A DNA stretch of 64,000 nucleotides from contig CALKUQ010000021.1 of NCBI GenBank assembly GCA_937996705.1, forward strand, positions 64,527 to 128,526. Direction: 5' to 3'. The notes beneath the pieces were generated by a model. The model ran no database searches, was not told the DNA's origin, and worked only from the letters and a program-made list of their open reading frames with translations. Each line of letters starts with the position of its first letter. Position 1 is the stretch's first letter. Below are positions 1 through 10,104 of the stretch, piece after piece. Made by a program: the position numbers and the translations under genes. This DNA comes from an uncultured Chlamydiae bacterium. GTDB lineage: Bacteria; Chlamydiota; Chlamydiia; Chlamydiales; 2-12-FULL-49-11.

Positions 1-2105
1 TTGCTGTTCATCCCAACGATGAGCGCTACGCCGATTTGATTGGAAAAAAAATTCGCCTCCCCCTCACAAACAGACTTATCCCGATCATTGCTGACAGATA
101 TGTCGATCCAAAATTTGGATCTGGAGCTGTAAAAATCACCCCGGCTCACGATTTTAACGACTACGAAATTGGAGTTCGCCACAATTTAGAGATGATCAAT
201 ATTATGGCCCCCGATGCAACAATTAACGGGATGACGGTCGAGGCTGCAAGAATTGATGTGATTCAAAAAATGAAGGCCCTTGGCCTTATCGAAAAAATTG
301 AACCTCACACGTTGCGCATTGGCATTTCCTATAAATCTAAAGCGGTGGTCCAGCCCTACCTCTCAAAGCAGTGGTTTATCAAAATGGAGCCCTTCAAAGA
401 GAATCTTTTGAATGCGGTTCGGAGTGGAAAGGTTAAAATCGTCCCTAAAGATTGGGAAAAGACCTACTTCCATTGGATTGAAAATTTACGCGACTGGTGC
501 ATTTCTAGACAACTTTGGTGGGGACACCAAATTCCTGTCTGGCACAATAAAACTAACCCTGAGTTGATGATTTGTCATATTGAAGAGGGCCTACCAGAAG
601 AGGTACTCAAAAATCCTCACGACTGGGTCCAAGAAGAGGATGTTCTTGACACCTGGTTCTCCTCTGCACTCTGGCCACTCACCACACTTGGCTGGCCCGA
701 TAATACAGATGATTTTAAAACATTTTATCCGACTTCGACCCTTATCACAGGACACGACATCCTCTTTTTTTGGGTAGCAAGAATGATCCTTATGGGAGAG
801 TATGCAACAGGGAAGGTCCCGTTTGAGCAAACTTTTATCCACGGCCTTATTTACGGAAAGTCTTACTGGCGAGTCCAAGACGATGGCAACATTGCCTATA
901 CTCCAGCAAAAGAAAGGCTTGCTTATGAACTGGGAGAGCCCCTCCCCAAAGAGGTCTTATCAAAGTGGGAAAAAATGTCGAAATCTAAAGGGAATGTAAT
1001 CGACCCTCTTGAGATTATTGGAGAGTACGGAACCGACGCCATGCGCTTTGCCCTCACCTCAAGCGTCACCCATGCAAGACAGATTGATCTCGATCGAAGG
1101 CGGTTTGAGGAGTACAAAAACTTTGCCAATAAACTATGGAACGCTACTCGGTTCATTCTCCTCAACCTAGAAGACTTAAGCGAGCTTCAAGAGAGCCTTA
1201 ATCCCTCTCTTTTTACTTTGGATGATCGGTGGATTTTGTCTAGATTGAATCAAACCATCCAAGAGATGAATCATAAGTTCACAAATTACCATTTTAATGA
1301 GGCAGCTAAGCAAATCTACGAATTCTTTTGGGATGAGTTTTGCGCATACTACCTAGAAATGTGTAAACCCTACCTCTTTGCAAAAGTCGGCGCCCCTGAA
1401 ACACGAGTGAATAAGCAGCATATTTTGCTCATTATTTTACTAGCTTCTGTTAGACTTATGCACCCCATCGTCCCCTTTATTACAGAAGAAATTTTTGCCC
1501 TTCTAAAAGAGAGATTCCAGATAAAAGCAAGTAAAGATAGCTATCTAAGTGACGTATTAGCAACCCTCTCCTCTGAAGCGTGCATTGTAGCCCCCTACCC
1601 TGAAGAGCTCGCCCCTTCCGATATATCTAAAGAGGTAGAGAGAGAATTTGAACTCCTAAGAGAGGTCGTTTACGCCCTTCGCAACATCCGCGCTGAGCTT
1701 CAAGTCCCCCTCGGACAATCTATCGATGTCTACCTTATGGGAGATGACAACAAGATACTCAAATTTATTTATGATAACCGCCAAATTCTCCACTCACTTG
1801 TTCGTATCCAAAACATTGAATCTTCCCACCAACACGATCTCCTCTCAGCAGCCGGCGCAACAGCCATTGTCAAAGGGATTAAAATCTTTGTCCCCCTCCC
1901 CACAGAGCTCAAAGCAAAAGAGAAACTCCGTCTGACCAAAGAACTCGACAAACTCACCCTTCAACTCCAAGCTCTCGAGCAAAAGCTCCAGAACCCAGAG
2001 TTCACATCAAAGGCCCCCGAGGCCCTTGTCTCTAAAACAAAGCAATCGCTCGCAGAGACTCTCCAAGCCCACACCGAAATCGGCCTCAAACTTACCCGGC
2101 TTTAA
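1..2105 (+). CDS. valS: Valyl-tRNA synthetase, 5'-truncated by the window edge (C-terminal ~700 aa)
   Basis: The frame is open from base 3 (AVHPNDERYADLIGKK...), so the gene starts upstream of the window. It has the class I aaRS KMSKS motif (KMSKSKGN), a ValRS-like anticodon-binding region and a C-terminal coiled coil. Stop TAA is at 2103-2105. Confidence 0.95.
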   Translation, partial: AVHPNDERYADLIGKKIRLPLTNRLIPIIADRYVDPKFGSGAVKITPAHDFNDYEIGVRHNLEMINIMAPDATINGMTVEAARIDVIQKMKALGLIEKIEPHTLRIGISYKSKAVVQPYLSKQWFIKMEPFKENLLNAVRSGKVKIVPKDWEKTYFHWIENLRDWCISRQLWWGHQIPVWHNKTNPELMICHIEEGLPEEVLKNPHDWVQEEDVLDTWFSSALWPLTTLGWPDNTDDFKTFYPTSTLITGHDILFFWVARMILMGEYATGKVPFEQTFIHGLIYGKSYWRVQDDGNIAYTPAKERLAYELGEPLPKEVLSKWEKMSKSKGNVIDPLEIIGEYGTDAMRFALTSSVTHARQIDLDRRRFEEYKNFANKLWNATRFILLNLEDLSELQESLNPSLFTLDDRWILSRLNQTIQEMNHKFTNYHFNEAAKQIYEFFWDEFCAYYLEMCKPYLFAKVGAPETRVNKQHILLIILLASVRLMHPIVPFITEEIFALLKERFQIKASKDSYLSDVLATLSSEACIVAPYPEELAPSDISKEVEREFELLREVVYALRNIRAELQVPLGQSIDVYLMGDDNKILKFIYDNRQILHSLVRIQNIESSHQHDLLSAAGATAIVKGIKIFVPLPTELKAKEKLRLTKELDKLTLQLQALEQKLQNPEFTSKAPEALVSKTKQSLAETLQAHTEIGLKLTRL

Positions 2106-2144
2106 CCAGAATTATCCTTCGTTGAAACCCACAAGCTCTATCAA

Positions 2145-2309
2145 CTATGATTCGAGTTTTTCATCGTAGGGAGCCACGCATTGTCCAGTATTCTGATTGC
2201 ATCCCCATGCTGGTGGACAGGTTTTACAAGAACAGCCCCCAAAAAAACAGGACGGGCTACAACAAATGACAGGTTGTGGATCATTAACACTTTCTTTCTC
2301 ACTATCCAT
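2145..2309 (-). CDS. Candidate 54-aa cysteine-rich small protein, below the ORF-track cutoff
   Basis: My manual minus-strand translation gives MDSEKESVNDPQPVICCSPSCFFGGCSCKTCPPAWGCNQNTGQCVAPYDEKLES, with 8 Cys in 54 residues. ATG is at 2309-2307, AAGAGG lies 7 nt upstream, and the TAG stop is at 2147-2145. It lies just downstream of the symporter gene and is co-directional with it. Confidence 0.35.
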   Translation of the reverse strand: MDSEKESVNDPQPVICCSPSCFFGGCSCKTCPPAWGCNQNTGQCVAPYDEKLES

Positions 2310-2377
2310 AAATATACCTCTTTTCAGGTAAGGATAACAAAAACGGGCATTTTGACAAGTCTCTTACATTCAAATAT

Positions 2378-3763
2378 CTAGGCTGAAAGGGCTTCAGGTT
2401 TTTTCTCTTCTTTGTCGAGGAGCTTTTCAAAAAGGGAGCTCTCTTTAGCAATCACTCCGGCTAACAGGATAAGGCCAATGAGATTGGGAAAGGCCATAAG
2501 GCCGTTCATGATGTTGGCAAAGCCCCAAACGAGCTTGAGATTTAAGACAGCGCCAAAAAAGACCATAATGGTGTAAACTGCTCTGTACCAGGGGGTTGAT
2601 CTTAATCCAAAGAGGTACTCCATCGATTTTTCGCCGTAGTAAGCCCATCCAAGTATCGTAGAGTAGGCAAACGGGATAATCGCGATTGTAACTAGGAGGC
2701 CTCCATGGGGAAGAACTGTATCAAAGGCTTTAATTGCGAGGGCTGAACCTGTAAGGAGCGTTCCATCAAGGGCAAATGATCCAAGGACACCAGTTGTTGC
2801 AATCACAAGGCCTGTAAGGGTACAAACGATCCCTGTTGTGATAAAGACTGTAGACATTGAGACAAGGGCTTGTCTTCCTGGCGAATCTGTTCTGGCTGCG
2901 GCAGCCGCTATTGATGAGGTGCCAAGACCTGCTTCGCTGGAAAAAATCCCCCGCGAAACTCCATACTGAATCGCCATCATCACGGTAGATCCTAAAAATC
3001 CCCCTGCTGCTGCCTGTCCTGTAAATGCAGACTGGAAAATCATTTGAAACGCTTTTGGGACGGCGTTGATATTAATTCCGACAACGATAAGACATGAGGC
3101 GAGGTAAAAAATAGCCATAGAGGGGACAAGGATACTGACCACTTTACTGATGCTCTTGATTCCGCCTATAAGGGGGAGTCCTGTAACCACCATTAAAATA
3201 ATCCCTATGTATATTGGGTCGATTGAAGGGGCCAGCGCTTTTACAGCTTCTGCAACAGAGTTGGACTGCACCATATTCCCTGTTCCAAAGGCAGTAACTG
3301 CAGCAAAAACCGCAAAAATCCCGGCCAACCATTTGCTTTTGAGGCCTTTATGAAGATAATACATGGGACCACCGCACATCTCTCCCTGCTCATCTATCAC
3401 CCTATACTTAATCGCTAAAATCGCTTCCCCATACTTGGTAGCCATTCCGAGGAGGGCAGCCATCCACATCCAGAAAATGGAACCGAGCCCCCCAATTGCA
3501 ATCGCTGTGGCAACCCCTGTAATGCTCCCTATCCCAATTGTAGCGGCAAGAGCAGTCATAAGAGCCTGAAAATGAGATATATCCCCAGCTCCCTTTGCCT
3601 CATCTTTCATAAACGCAAGCTTATGAGCGTACCAAAGTCTTCGGAACTGTATCCCCCTTAGTCGTACGGTAAGATAGAGTCCTACAAATGTAATTAAAAC
3701 GAGAAGAGGAGTTCCCCAAACCAGATCATTAATCCGGTCTATCCAAAAAATTATGTGATCCAT
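2378..3763 (-). CDS. Alanine/glycine:cation (sodium) symporter, AGCS family
   Basis: 461-aa polytopic membrane protein. It carries the AGCS signature region GDISHFQALMTALAATIGIGSITGVATAIAIGGLGSIFWMW. Confidence 0.9.
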   Translation of the reverse strand: MDHIIFWIDRINDLVWGTPLLVLITFVGLYLTVRLRGIQFRRLWYAHKLAFMKDEAKGAGDISHFQALMTALAATIGIGSITGVATAIAIGGLGSIFWMWMAALLGMATKYGEAILAIKYRVIDEQGEMCGGPMYYLHKGLKSKWLAGIFAVFAAVTAFGTGNMVQSNSVAEAVKALAPSIDPIYIGIILMVVTGLPLIGGIKSISKVVSILVPSMAIFYLASCLIVVGININAVPKAFQMIFQSAFTGQAAAGGFLGSTVMMAIQYGVSRGIFSSEAGLGTSSIAAAAARTDSPGRQALVSMSTVFITTGIVCTLTGLVIATTGVLGSFALDGTLLTGSALAIKAFDTVLPHGGLLVTIAIIPFAYSTILGWAYYGEKSMEYLFGLRSTPWYRAVYTIMVFFGAVLNLKLVWGFANIMNGLMAFPNLIGLILLAGVIAKESSLFEKLLDKEEKKPEALSA

Positions 3764-3781
3764 GGGATAAATTATACAACA

Positions 3782-4876
3782 TCAGATGTATTTTCTCATA
3801 GGATCTCCGTAAGAATGGCAATAAACATCGAGATACTTTCCGATATTTTCCGGTCTTTCGAGCCACCTCTCTTGAATCAGCCCTCGAGCTCTCCTGCTGG
3901 CTGCCAAAAAAGTCTCCTCCGACTCAAGAGTCTCTTTGAGCCTTTTAATCAGATCTTCCCCAGTTTTGAATCTTACCGGCGCAATCGCATAGGTAGACAT
4001 ATCTTGACAGGCAATCGGGAGCCCTAATGCAGTTGCCTCTAAAAATTTCAAATCGCTTTTTGCTCTGTTAAAATCGTTTTCAATAAGAGGGGCGATGCAC
4101 ATGTTGATTTGTAGATTTGCTAAAAATCTGGGGTAATTATCCGTTGTTTGCCAAGGGTGATACTCGACTAATCCCCTTTCGATTTCATAGGATAAGGCAG
4201 AGGGACGCCCCCCCACTAAGACTAACTGAAATTTGTCGATATTAGCCATTAAAGCCTCTTTTACGTGGGTAAAATCGTCTGCGATCTCCTCTCTCCCCTG
4301 CATATTAAAAAAATGATTAGCAGATGCAGAGTATAAAATTCTCGGCTTTTTCTTATGGTTTCTGTAATTCCTTAAAATCAATTCTTCACTAAAATAGTTG
4401 CCCATCCAAATGTGAGGGAGGTAATTAGGGATGACGGTAATGTTTTTTTGACTTGTCTTTTTTAAATAGTAATCTCTTAAAAATGGGGTAGTTACTGTCA
4501 CCTCATCACAAAGCTCCATAATCTCTCTTGCAAAACTTCCATCCTTTTCAAGACTCTCTTTTGCAAAATTATAATCAGGAATATCGTCGTAAAAAACAAT
4601 ATCGTCTGAGTCGTAAATTAATCGAAATTTCAACCGCTTTTTGATGTGGTGCAATTTCTTAAAAAATTCCAAATGGTTCTGCTTTCCCTGCCTTTGAACA
4701 TGGATTGCTGTTGCGTTGTTGTAGTGTAAAAAATCGCGAATAAACATCTGAGAATGATTGACTGTAGCAAGCCTTTGCATATTCATAATCAACTGAGGCC
4801 AAATCATTCGCCAAAAGCCGCACCCTCCAAAATCGGCCGGGTACTGAATCACATAGGGGATTTTTTTCTCACTCAT
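3782..4876 (-). CDS. Putative GT-B fold glycosyltransferase
   Basis: I prefer the start at MSEKKIPYV (ATG 4876). The longer ORF to 4957 would overlap the divergent DAHP synthase gene. The C-terminal motif FNRAKSDLKFLEATALGLPIACQD resembles the E-x7-E/KS-x-K-x-LE-A-x-A-x-G-x-P region of GT1/GT4-like enzymes. There is no closer family match from memory. Confidence 0.5.
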   Translation of the reverse strand: MSEKKIPYVIQYPADFGGCGFWRMIWPQLIMNMQRLATVNHSQMFIRDFLHYNNATAIHVQRQGKQNHLEFFKKLHHIKKRLKFRLIYDSDDIVFYDDIPDYNFAKESLEKDGSFAREIMELCDEVTVTTPFLRDYYLKKTSQKNITVIPNYLPHIWMGNYFSEELILRNYRNHKKKPRILYSASANHFFNMQGREEIADDFTHVKEALMANIDKFQLVLVGGRPSALSYEIERGLVEYHPWQTTDNYPRFLANLQINMCIAPLIENDFNRAKSDLKFLEATALGLPIACQDMSTYAIAPVRFKTGEDLIKRLKETLESEETFLAASRRARGLIQERWLERPENIGKYLDVYCHSYGDPMRKYI

Positions 4877-4932
4877 GACCTCATAATATATTGTTATTGA
4901 GAATAAGTAGATAAAAAAATTAATGTAGTGGG

Positions 4933-5979
4933 ATGTTTTTAGATACCGACCTCTCATCGCCCGTTTCTCTAAAAAGCAAGTTTTTACTTACTCGTGGAGG
5001 CGGCGCATTTTTATCAGATTCCAGAGATGAAGCTAGAAAAATCGTAGTAGGCAAATCCAAAAAACTTGCTTTAGTGATTGGTCCTTGCTCAATTCATAAC
5101 ATAGAGAGCGCACTTAGTTACGCTAAAAAACTGAAAAAATTAAGCGATTACGTCGAAGAGACCCTCTTTGTGGTAATGCGAGTTTATGTCGAAAAACCAA
5201 GAACTACCGTTGGCTGGAAAGGATTCCTCTACGACCCTTACTTAAATGGGACAAACGATCTTAATGAGGGCTTATCCCTCACTCGAGAACTCTTGCTAGA
5301 ACTTGTCCATCTCAAACTCCCCTCTGCAACAGAATTTGTCAATCCTTTGACAGCACAATTCTTTGAAGATCTTGTGACATGGGGCTTTATCGGGGCAAGA
5401 ACGACCAGCAGTCAGATTCATAGAGAGCTTGCATCCTCTCTCCCTTTTCCCGTAGGCTTTAAAAACACTCTGGAAGGAGACCTTACTTCCCCTATCAACA
5501 GCATTATATCAGCCAAAACACCCCACACTTTTTTAGCTAATAATCAAGAGGGGAGACTTGCCATCTGCTGTTCATCTGGCAATCCCCACTCCCACCTGGT
5601 CTTACGCGGATCTGAATTGGAACCAAACTATGACAAAGAACATCTCATTTATGCAAAAAAACTCCAAAAAGCGTCAGGAATCTACCACCCCATCATGATC
5701 GACTGTTCCCACGGCAACTCTAAAAAAAACCCCATTCACCAGCAAGAAGTGTTCAAGAGGGTAATTCAACAATACATGAAATATCAGACCCCCCTTCTCG
5801 GACTTATGGTCGAAAGTTTTCTCGAATCAGGCAACCAATCCCTTGAACTCGGATTCCCCCTCTCCCCCTCCCTCTCCATCACCGACCCTTGCCTTGGCTG
5901 GAATGAAACAGAAAATCTTATTCTTCAATGCCATGAAACACTTTTAGAAACAAAATTATCACAAACAACCCCCAATTAA
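4933..5979 (+). CDS. 3-deoxy-7-phosphoheptulonate (DAHP) synthase, class I alpha (AroG/F/H type)
   Basis: It is collinear with E. coli AroG. Shared motifs include VIGPCSIH, MRVYVEKPRTTVGWKG, GARTTSSQIHRELASSL, PVGFKN, IDCSHGNS and VESFLESGNQS. Confidence 0.93.
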   Translation: MFLDTDLSSPVSLKSKFLLTRGGGAFLSDSRDEARKIVVGKSKKLALVIGPCSIHNIESALSYAKKLKKLSDYVEETLFVVMRVYVEKPRTTVGWKGFLYDPYLNGTNDLNEGLSLTRELLLELVHLKLPSATEFVNPLTAQFFEDLVTWGFIGARTTSSQIHRELASSLPFPVGFKNTLEGDLTSPINSIISAKTPHTFLANNQEGRLAICCSSGNPHSHLVLRGSELEPNYDKEHLIYAKKLQKASGIYHPIMIDCSHGNSKKNPIHQQEVFKRVIQQYMKYQTPLLGLMVESFLESGNQSLELGFPLSPSLSITDPCLGWNETENLILQCHETLLETKLSQTTPN

Positions 5980-5982
5980 AGC

Positions 5983-6456
5983 ATGAAAAAAATCACATCA
6001 TTTCTCTTTTTTCTAGTATTGACACTTTCCATTCAATGGATTGGGAGTCTCTTTACATTTACCTCAGTCAATAACTGGTATCAAACCCTGAAAAAACCGG
6101 CATGGAACCCTCCAGGCTGGGTTTTTGGCTTTGTCTGGCCCCTCCTCTACCTCATGATCGCAATTTCAGGCTGGCTCATTTTCATAAAAATAGAGCCTTC
6201 AAAGAAAAAAACTCTCGCCCTTTTTACCTATGGCGCGGGACTCCTCTTCAATCTAGCCTGGACCTACTCTTTCTTTTTCCTCAAAAGTCCAGTGCTTGCC
6301 CTAGCTGACCTCCTCATCCTCATCACACTCACCTCGATAAACACCCACCTCTTCCTAAAGCTCTACCGCCCTTCAGGCCTCCTCCTCATCCCCTACCTCC
6401 TCTGGTCCCTCTTCGCCCTCTCCCTCAACCTCGCCATCCTCCTCCTGAACCCCTAA
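5983..6456 (+). CDS. tspO: TspO/MBR family tryptophan-rich sensory protein
   Basis: 157 aa with 5 predicted TM helices. Motifs are WYQTLKKPAWNPPGWVFGFVWPLLY and a Trp/Tyr-rich core. It starts 3 nt after the DAHP synthase stop. Confidence 0.88.
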   Translation: MKKITSFLFFLVLTLSIQWIGSLFTFTSVNNWYQTLKKPAWNPPGWVFGFVWPLLYLMIAISGWLIFIKIEPSKKKTLALFTYGAGLLFNLAWTYSFFFLKSPVLALADLLILITLTSINTHLFLKLYRPSGLLLIPYLLWSLFALSLNLAILLLNP

Positions 6457-6551
6457 TAAAAACTCGAAGGGCCACACCCATCGTACTGAAGCGATCATTC
6501 CACCGAGAATTGACCGGTCAACTATTTGAGTTTCGAAAGAACTCTAATAAG

Positions 6552-7040
6552 TTAAGAGTTTAGATGGAGTCCGAGTCTGCTGAGGATGAATCGGGCAAAG
6601 AGGAGGGGATGCTGGATAAGGGTGAGGAAGATTTTTGGGATTGTGATGGAGGTGATTCTCCGCTCAAATGGGGGCAGGTGTTTTCGGGCGTCTTGGATGA
6701 ATTCTTCAAAGGGGGGAGGGATTTGTTTGGGAAGATTTGTAAGGGGGAAATAGCTTGCCTCTTTTGCCTCGATTCCTGGGAAGATCAATCCTGTTACAAC
6801 TTTGCATTCAAAGAGGTAGACAGGTTTAATGAAAAAGCCTCCCGTGTAGGTAGCAACAAGTCTTACCACTTCTACTTGAACTCCTATCTCTTCTTTGCAT
6901 TCACGAATAATTGCATCTTCTCCACTCTCCCCTTCTTCGATTCCCCCTCCAGGGAGAACCCAGACGGGAACATCGCGTCTTTTGATTAAGAGAACACTCT
7001 CTTCAAGAAAAATTATCGCTAGTACACTTTTTATAACCAT
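6552..7040 (-). CDS. NUDIX hydrolase
   Basis: The Nudix box GGGIEEGESGEDAIIRECKEEIGV matches G-x5-E-x7-REUxEExGU. Confidence 0.85.
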   Translation of the reverse strand: MVIKSVLAIIFLEESVLLIKRRDVPVWVLPGGGIEEGESGEDAIIRECKEEIGVQVEVVRLVATYTGGFFIKPVYLFECKVVTGLIFPGIEAKEASYFPLTNLPKQIPPPFEEFIQDARKHLPPFERRITSITIPKIFLTLIQHPLLFARFILSRLGLHLNS

Positions 7041-7070
7041 AAAAATCGGGCCTTGGGTATAGTATAAGGG

Positions 7071-7496
7071 ATGAAATCGTTTTGTTATAGCTTAGTTTTT
7101 TCTCTTCTATGCATCTCATGCGGCCCCCAACACTACCTGGGCGTTTCAAGGGCAGTTGTAGACAAGACAACTCTGGCAAGTACGTTTGCAAGGAGTCCTG
7201 ATCCAGAGCAATCTCGCCCACCAAAAGGGGAAAAATTGTATGTTAGCTGGCTCCTCCCCCCCTCTTTGAAACCTAAAGATCTCCACATCACACTCTCCGT
7301 TATTTATAAGGATTTCACAGAAGAGACCCTCGAATATCCTGTTTCAAATCTGATTGGGGCAGTCTCATTTCCTTTAATCAATGAAAAATTTAACGAAAAA
7401 CAGGGTTTCTTCGCTTATCAAGCACTTCTTTTAGACAAAGACAATCATATTCTTGACAAATGGGAGCATCAGCTCTGGACAGAGATTATTCACTAG
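7071..7496 (+). CDS. Hypothetical lipoprotein
   Basis: It has an N-terminal signal with a lipobox-like LLCISC followed by GPQ. There is no recognisable domain. Confidence 0.55.
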   Translation: MKSFCYSLVFSLLCISCGPQHYLGVSRAVVDKTTLASTFARSPDPEQSRPPKGEKLYVSWLLPPSLKPKDLHITLSVIYKDFTEETLEYPVSNLIGAVSFPLINEKFNEKQGFFAYQALLLDKDNHILDKWEHQLWTEIIH

Positions 7497-7590
7497 TTAT
7501 TAGATATCAAAAATTTTAAATCATCCCCATCTAGATATTTATTCCATATTCCTGTATTATTGATGCTAAATCAGTTAAGGAGTTTAGATT

Positions 7591-8790
7591 ATGGTGACAT
7601 CCCCTACTTTAGCTACAGCTTGTTTTCGCTTGGCTTCACTCTTAACAGACCCTCTATGCAAAGCACACGAGGCTTACGCCCTCACCTCTGTTACTCAATT
7701 CATGCACCCTGACTCCAAGTGGTATCTAAATAAAGGACGTAATACACTATTACTAATAAAAGCGATTTTTCTAACTGCCCTAGCACTTCTAACAACCGTT
7801 CCAGGGGCTCTACTCAGATGCATCGGAAATCAGCTTCAAGAGAAGCCTTTTCTATCATGGAGTGGACCTCATGCTAAAGAACTTCCATGTCAACGGGCCT
7901 TTACCATGTCGTCTTGGAATGTTTGCTGTATGGTGGCAGGCTTCGCGATTGGGGAAAATCTCCCCCCGTGGAAATATAGAATTGACGGAATCGTACGTAA
8001 TATCCTTCTTAAGGATTCAGATGTTGTCTGTCTTTATGAAACGTTTGATACAAAAGCGGCATTTTTAATTTCGGAAAGACTTAAAGAGGCTGGTTATCAT
8101 TTTGGATATTTTAATATTGGTTCTAGAGCTCTCGGTGTCTCCTCTGGACTGATGGTAGCAAGTAAATATAAAATTGTAGACCCAGAATTTACCCCTTTTC
8201 CTAAAGATACCCTCCTTGGGGTCTCCAAATTTTCTTCTAAAGGCTTTTTCACCTTTTCCTTAGCAAGTAGGAAAGCTCCGTTTGCTAGAATCATCACGAC
8301 CCATCTACAACACTCAGAAACCGCTCAACACCCAACCTTAGAAGAATGTGGAGCAAGAAGGCTGGAAATGGATCTTATAAGAGCCAAAGCGCTCGATGCA
8401 CAATCTGAGCATTTGGCTACGGTAGTCACGGGGGATCTTAATCTAAATGATGAAGAGTATGTTTCACTTAATTTAGAGACAAGCTTTAACAAAGGTTATC
8501 AAGATCCGAGAAATCCTTTTACATTTCAAGGAAACCTAAAACAACAGACAGACCCTTCAAATTTAGATCACGTTATGGCTGTAAGAAATAACTCCATCAT
8601 AGACATTCTTACTACCGTTCACCAAGACGACAACTACCAATGTGTTGATTTTCCAGGTCAAAAACTCGTATACTCCGATCACCGAGTTCTTGCAACGGTT
8701 GTAGAACTCCCCCCTTCAAGAGCCGAGCATTCTAGCGGGGTCGACCCAGAGGTCGAATTCGACTTCGGTCAAAAGCCCAAGGGCAAGTGA
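7591..8790 (+). CDS. Endonuclease/exonuclease/phosphatase (EEP) family protein with an N-terminal TM segment (sphingomyelinase/phosphatase-like)
   Basis: SD-like AAGGAG lies upstream of the ATG. The TM helix is [26 protein letters not shown] catalytic motifs are [18 protein letters not shown] and SDHRVLATV. The last 75 nt overlap the convergent fumC 3' end. Confidence 0.7.
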   Translation: MVTSPTLATACFRLASLLTDPLCKAHEAYALTSVTQFMHPDSKWYLNKGRNTLLLIKAIFLTALALLTTVPGALLRCIGNQLQEKPFLSWSGPHAKELPCQRAFTMSSWNVCCMVAGFAIGENLPPWKYRIDGIVRNILLKDSDVVCLYETFDTKAAFLISERLKEAGYHFGYFNIGSRALGVSSGLMVASKYKIVDPEFTPFPKDTLLGVSKFSSKGFFTFSLASRKAPFARIITTHLQHSETAQHPTLEECGARRLEMDLIRAKALDAQSEHLATVVTGDLNLNDEEYVSLNLETSFNKGYQDPRNPFTFQGNLKQQTDPSNLDHVMAVRNNSIIDILTTVHQDDNYQCVDFPGQKLVYSDHRVLATVVELPPSRAEHSSGVDPEVEFDFGQKPKGK

Positions 8791-10083
8791 AGCACCTTTT
8801 AGGGTAAGATTTTTTTCAAAAGCGTACTTTGCGATTTTTGCTGCATTGTCATAACCAATATGGGGATTCAGTGCGGTGACAAGCATGAGCGAATTTTCTA
8901 AATACCAACGGATTTGCTCATGATTGGGTTTAATATCTATAAGGCATTTATCGACAAAATTGTTTGCAGCATCTGAAAGAAGCCTGATCGATTGGAGAAG
9001 ATTGTAGGCTAAAACTGGACGAAAGACATTGAGTTGAAGGTGACCCGATGCCCCTGCAATACCGATAGCAGCATCATTTCCCATCACTTGAACCGCAACT
9101 TGGGTCATCATTTCACATTGAGTAGGATTCACTTTTCCAGGCATGATCGAGGAGCCAGGTTCATTTTCTGGGAGCGTTATTTCCCCCAACCCGCATCTTG
9201 GTCCTGACCCTAAAAGCCTGATATCATTTGCGATTTTCATATAAGTGACTGCGCATGTTTTGAGAACTCCACTTAGAGTGACTAGCCCATCCATCGTTGC
9301 GAGCGCTTCAAATTTATTGGGTGCAGAGGTGAATGGAAAGCGTGTCAATTTTGCAATTTCCCTTGCAACTTTTTGAGCATATTCAGGGTGGGTATTAAGC
9401 CCTGTTCCAACGGCAGTACCACCCAACGCAATTTCACTTGCTCTGGGAAGAACTGCCTCTAAATCCCTGATTATATTTTGAATTTGGGTAAGATATGCGG
9501 AAAATTCCTGGCCTAATGTGAGTGGAGTTGCATCCATTAAATGGGTTCTACCACACTTAGCTATCCCTTTAAACTCTTCTACTTTTATAGAGAGAACTTT
9601 TGCAAAGTAGGTCAAAGCAGGGATGAGTCTATTTTTTACTTGGGTGCAAGTTGCTATTGTAATTGCTGTGGGAATGGCATCATTAGAGGATTGGCTTTTA
9701 TTAACATCGTCATTGGGATGGATCAGCTTTTTTCCTACCTCACGATTCGCATAATTTGCAATCACTTCGTTGACATTCATATTAGTTTGAGTCCCTGAGC
9801 CTGTCTGCCAGACAACCAGGGGAAAATGGTCATTTAGATGACCTTCAATGATTTGATCAGCAGCTTTCAATATCAAATCTCTCTTCTCTTCAGAAAGCAA
9901 GCCAAGCTCTGTATTGACTACTGCGGATGCTTTTTTCACAAGAGCCAGAGAGTGAATAAGATCTAACGGGATCAATTCCGTTCCGACACAAAAGTTTTCT
10001 CTAGAACGCTGGGTTTGTGCTCCCCAAAGCTTATCTTTAGGGACTTGCACAACACCCATCGTATCGCATTCTTCTCTTGTCAT
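8716..10083 (-). CDS. fumC: Class II fumarate hydratase
   Basis: 455 aa with the fumarate lyase signature [15 protein letters not shown] and [14 protein letters not shown]. Confidence 0.95.
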   Translation of the reverse strand: MTREECDTMGVVQVPKDKLWGAQTQRSRENFCVGTELIPLDLIHSLALVKKASAVVNTELGLLSEEKRDLILKAADQIIEGHLNDHFPLVVWQTGSGTQTNMNVNEVIANYANREVGKKLIHPNDDVNKSQSSNDAIPTAITIATCTQVKNRLIPALTYFAKVLSIKVEEFKGIAKCGRTHLMDATPLTLGQEFSAYLTQIQNIIRDLEAVLPRASEIALGGTAVGTGLNTHPEYAQKVAREIAKLTRFPFTSAPNKFEALATMDGLVTLSGVLKTCAVTYMKIANDIRLLGSGPRCGLGEITLPENEPGSSIMPGKVNPTQCEMMTQVAVQVMGNDAAIGIAGASGHLQLNVFRPVLAYNLLQSIRLLSDAANNFVDKCLIDIKPNHEQIRWYLENSLMLVTALNPHIGYDNAAKIAKYAFEKNLTLKGASLALGLLTEVEFDLWVDPARMLGS

Positions 10084-10104
10084 GAGTATATCTATCGCTG
10101 GATT

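Noticed and set aside
2181-2381. Plus-strand 66-aa ORF in the valS/symporter gap.
   Set aside because: It has no RBS and odd composition. It overlaps, on the opposite strand, the better-supported Cys-rich micro-ORF and the end of the symporter gene.
6510-6521. Perfect 12-bp palindrome ttgaccggtcaa between tspO and the NUDIX gene.
   Set aside because: It is too short to tell an operator site from chance, and no second copy was seen.
6564-6989. 141-aa plus-strand ORF antisense to the NUDIX gene.
   Set aside because: The opposite-strand ORF carries a complete Nudix box. The Gly/Glu-rich composition of this frame is a mirror artefact.
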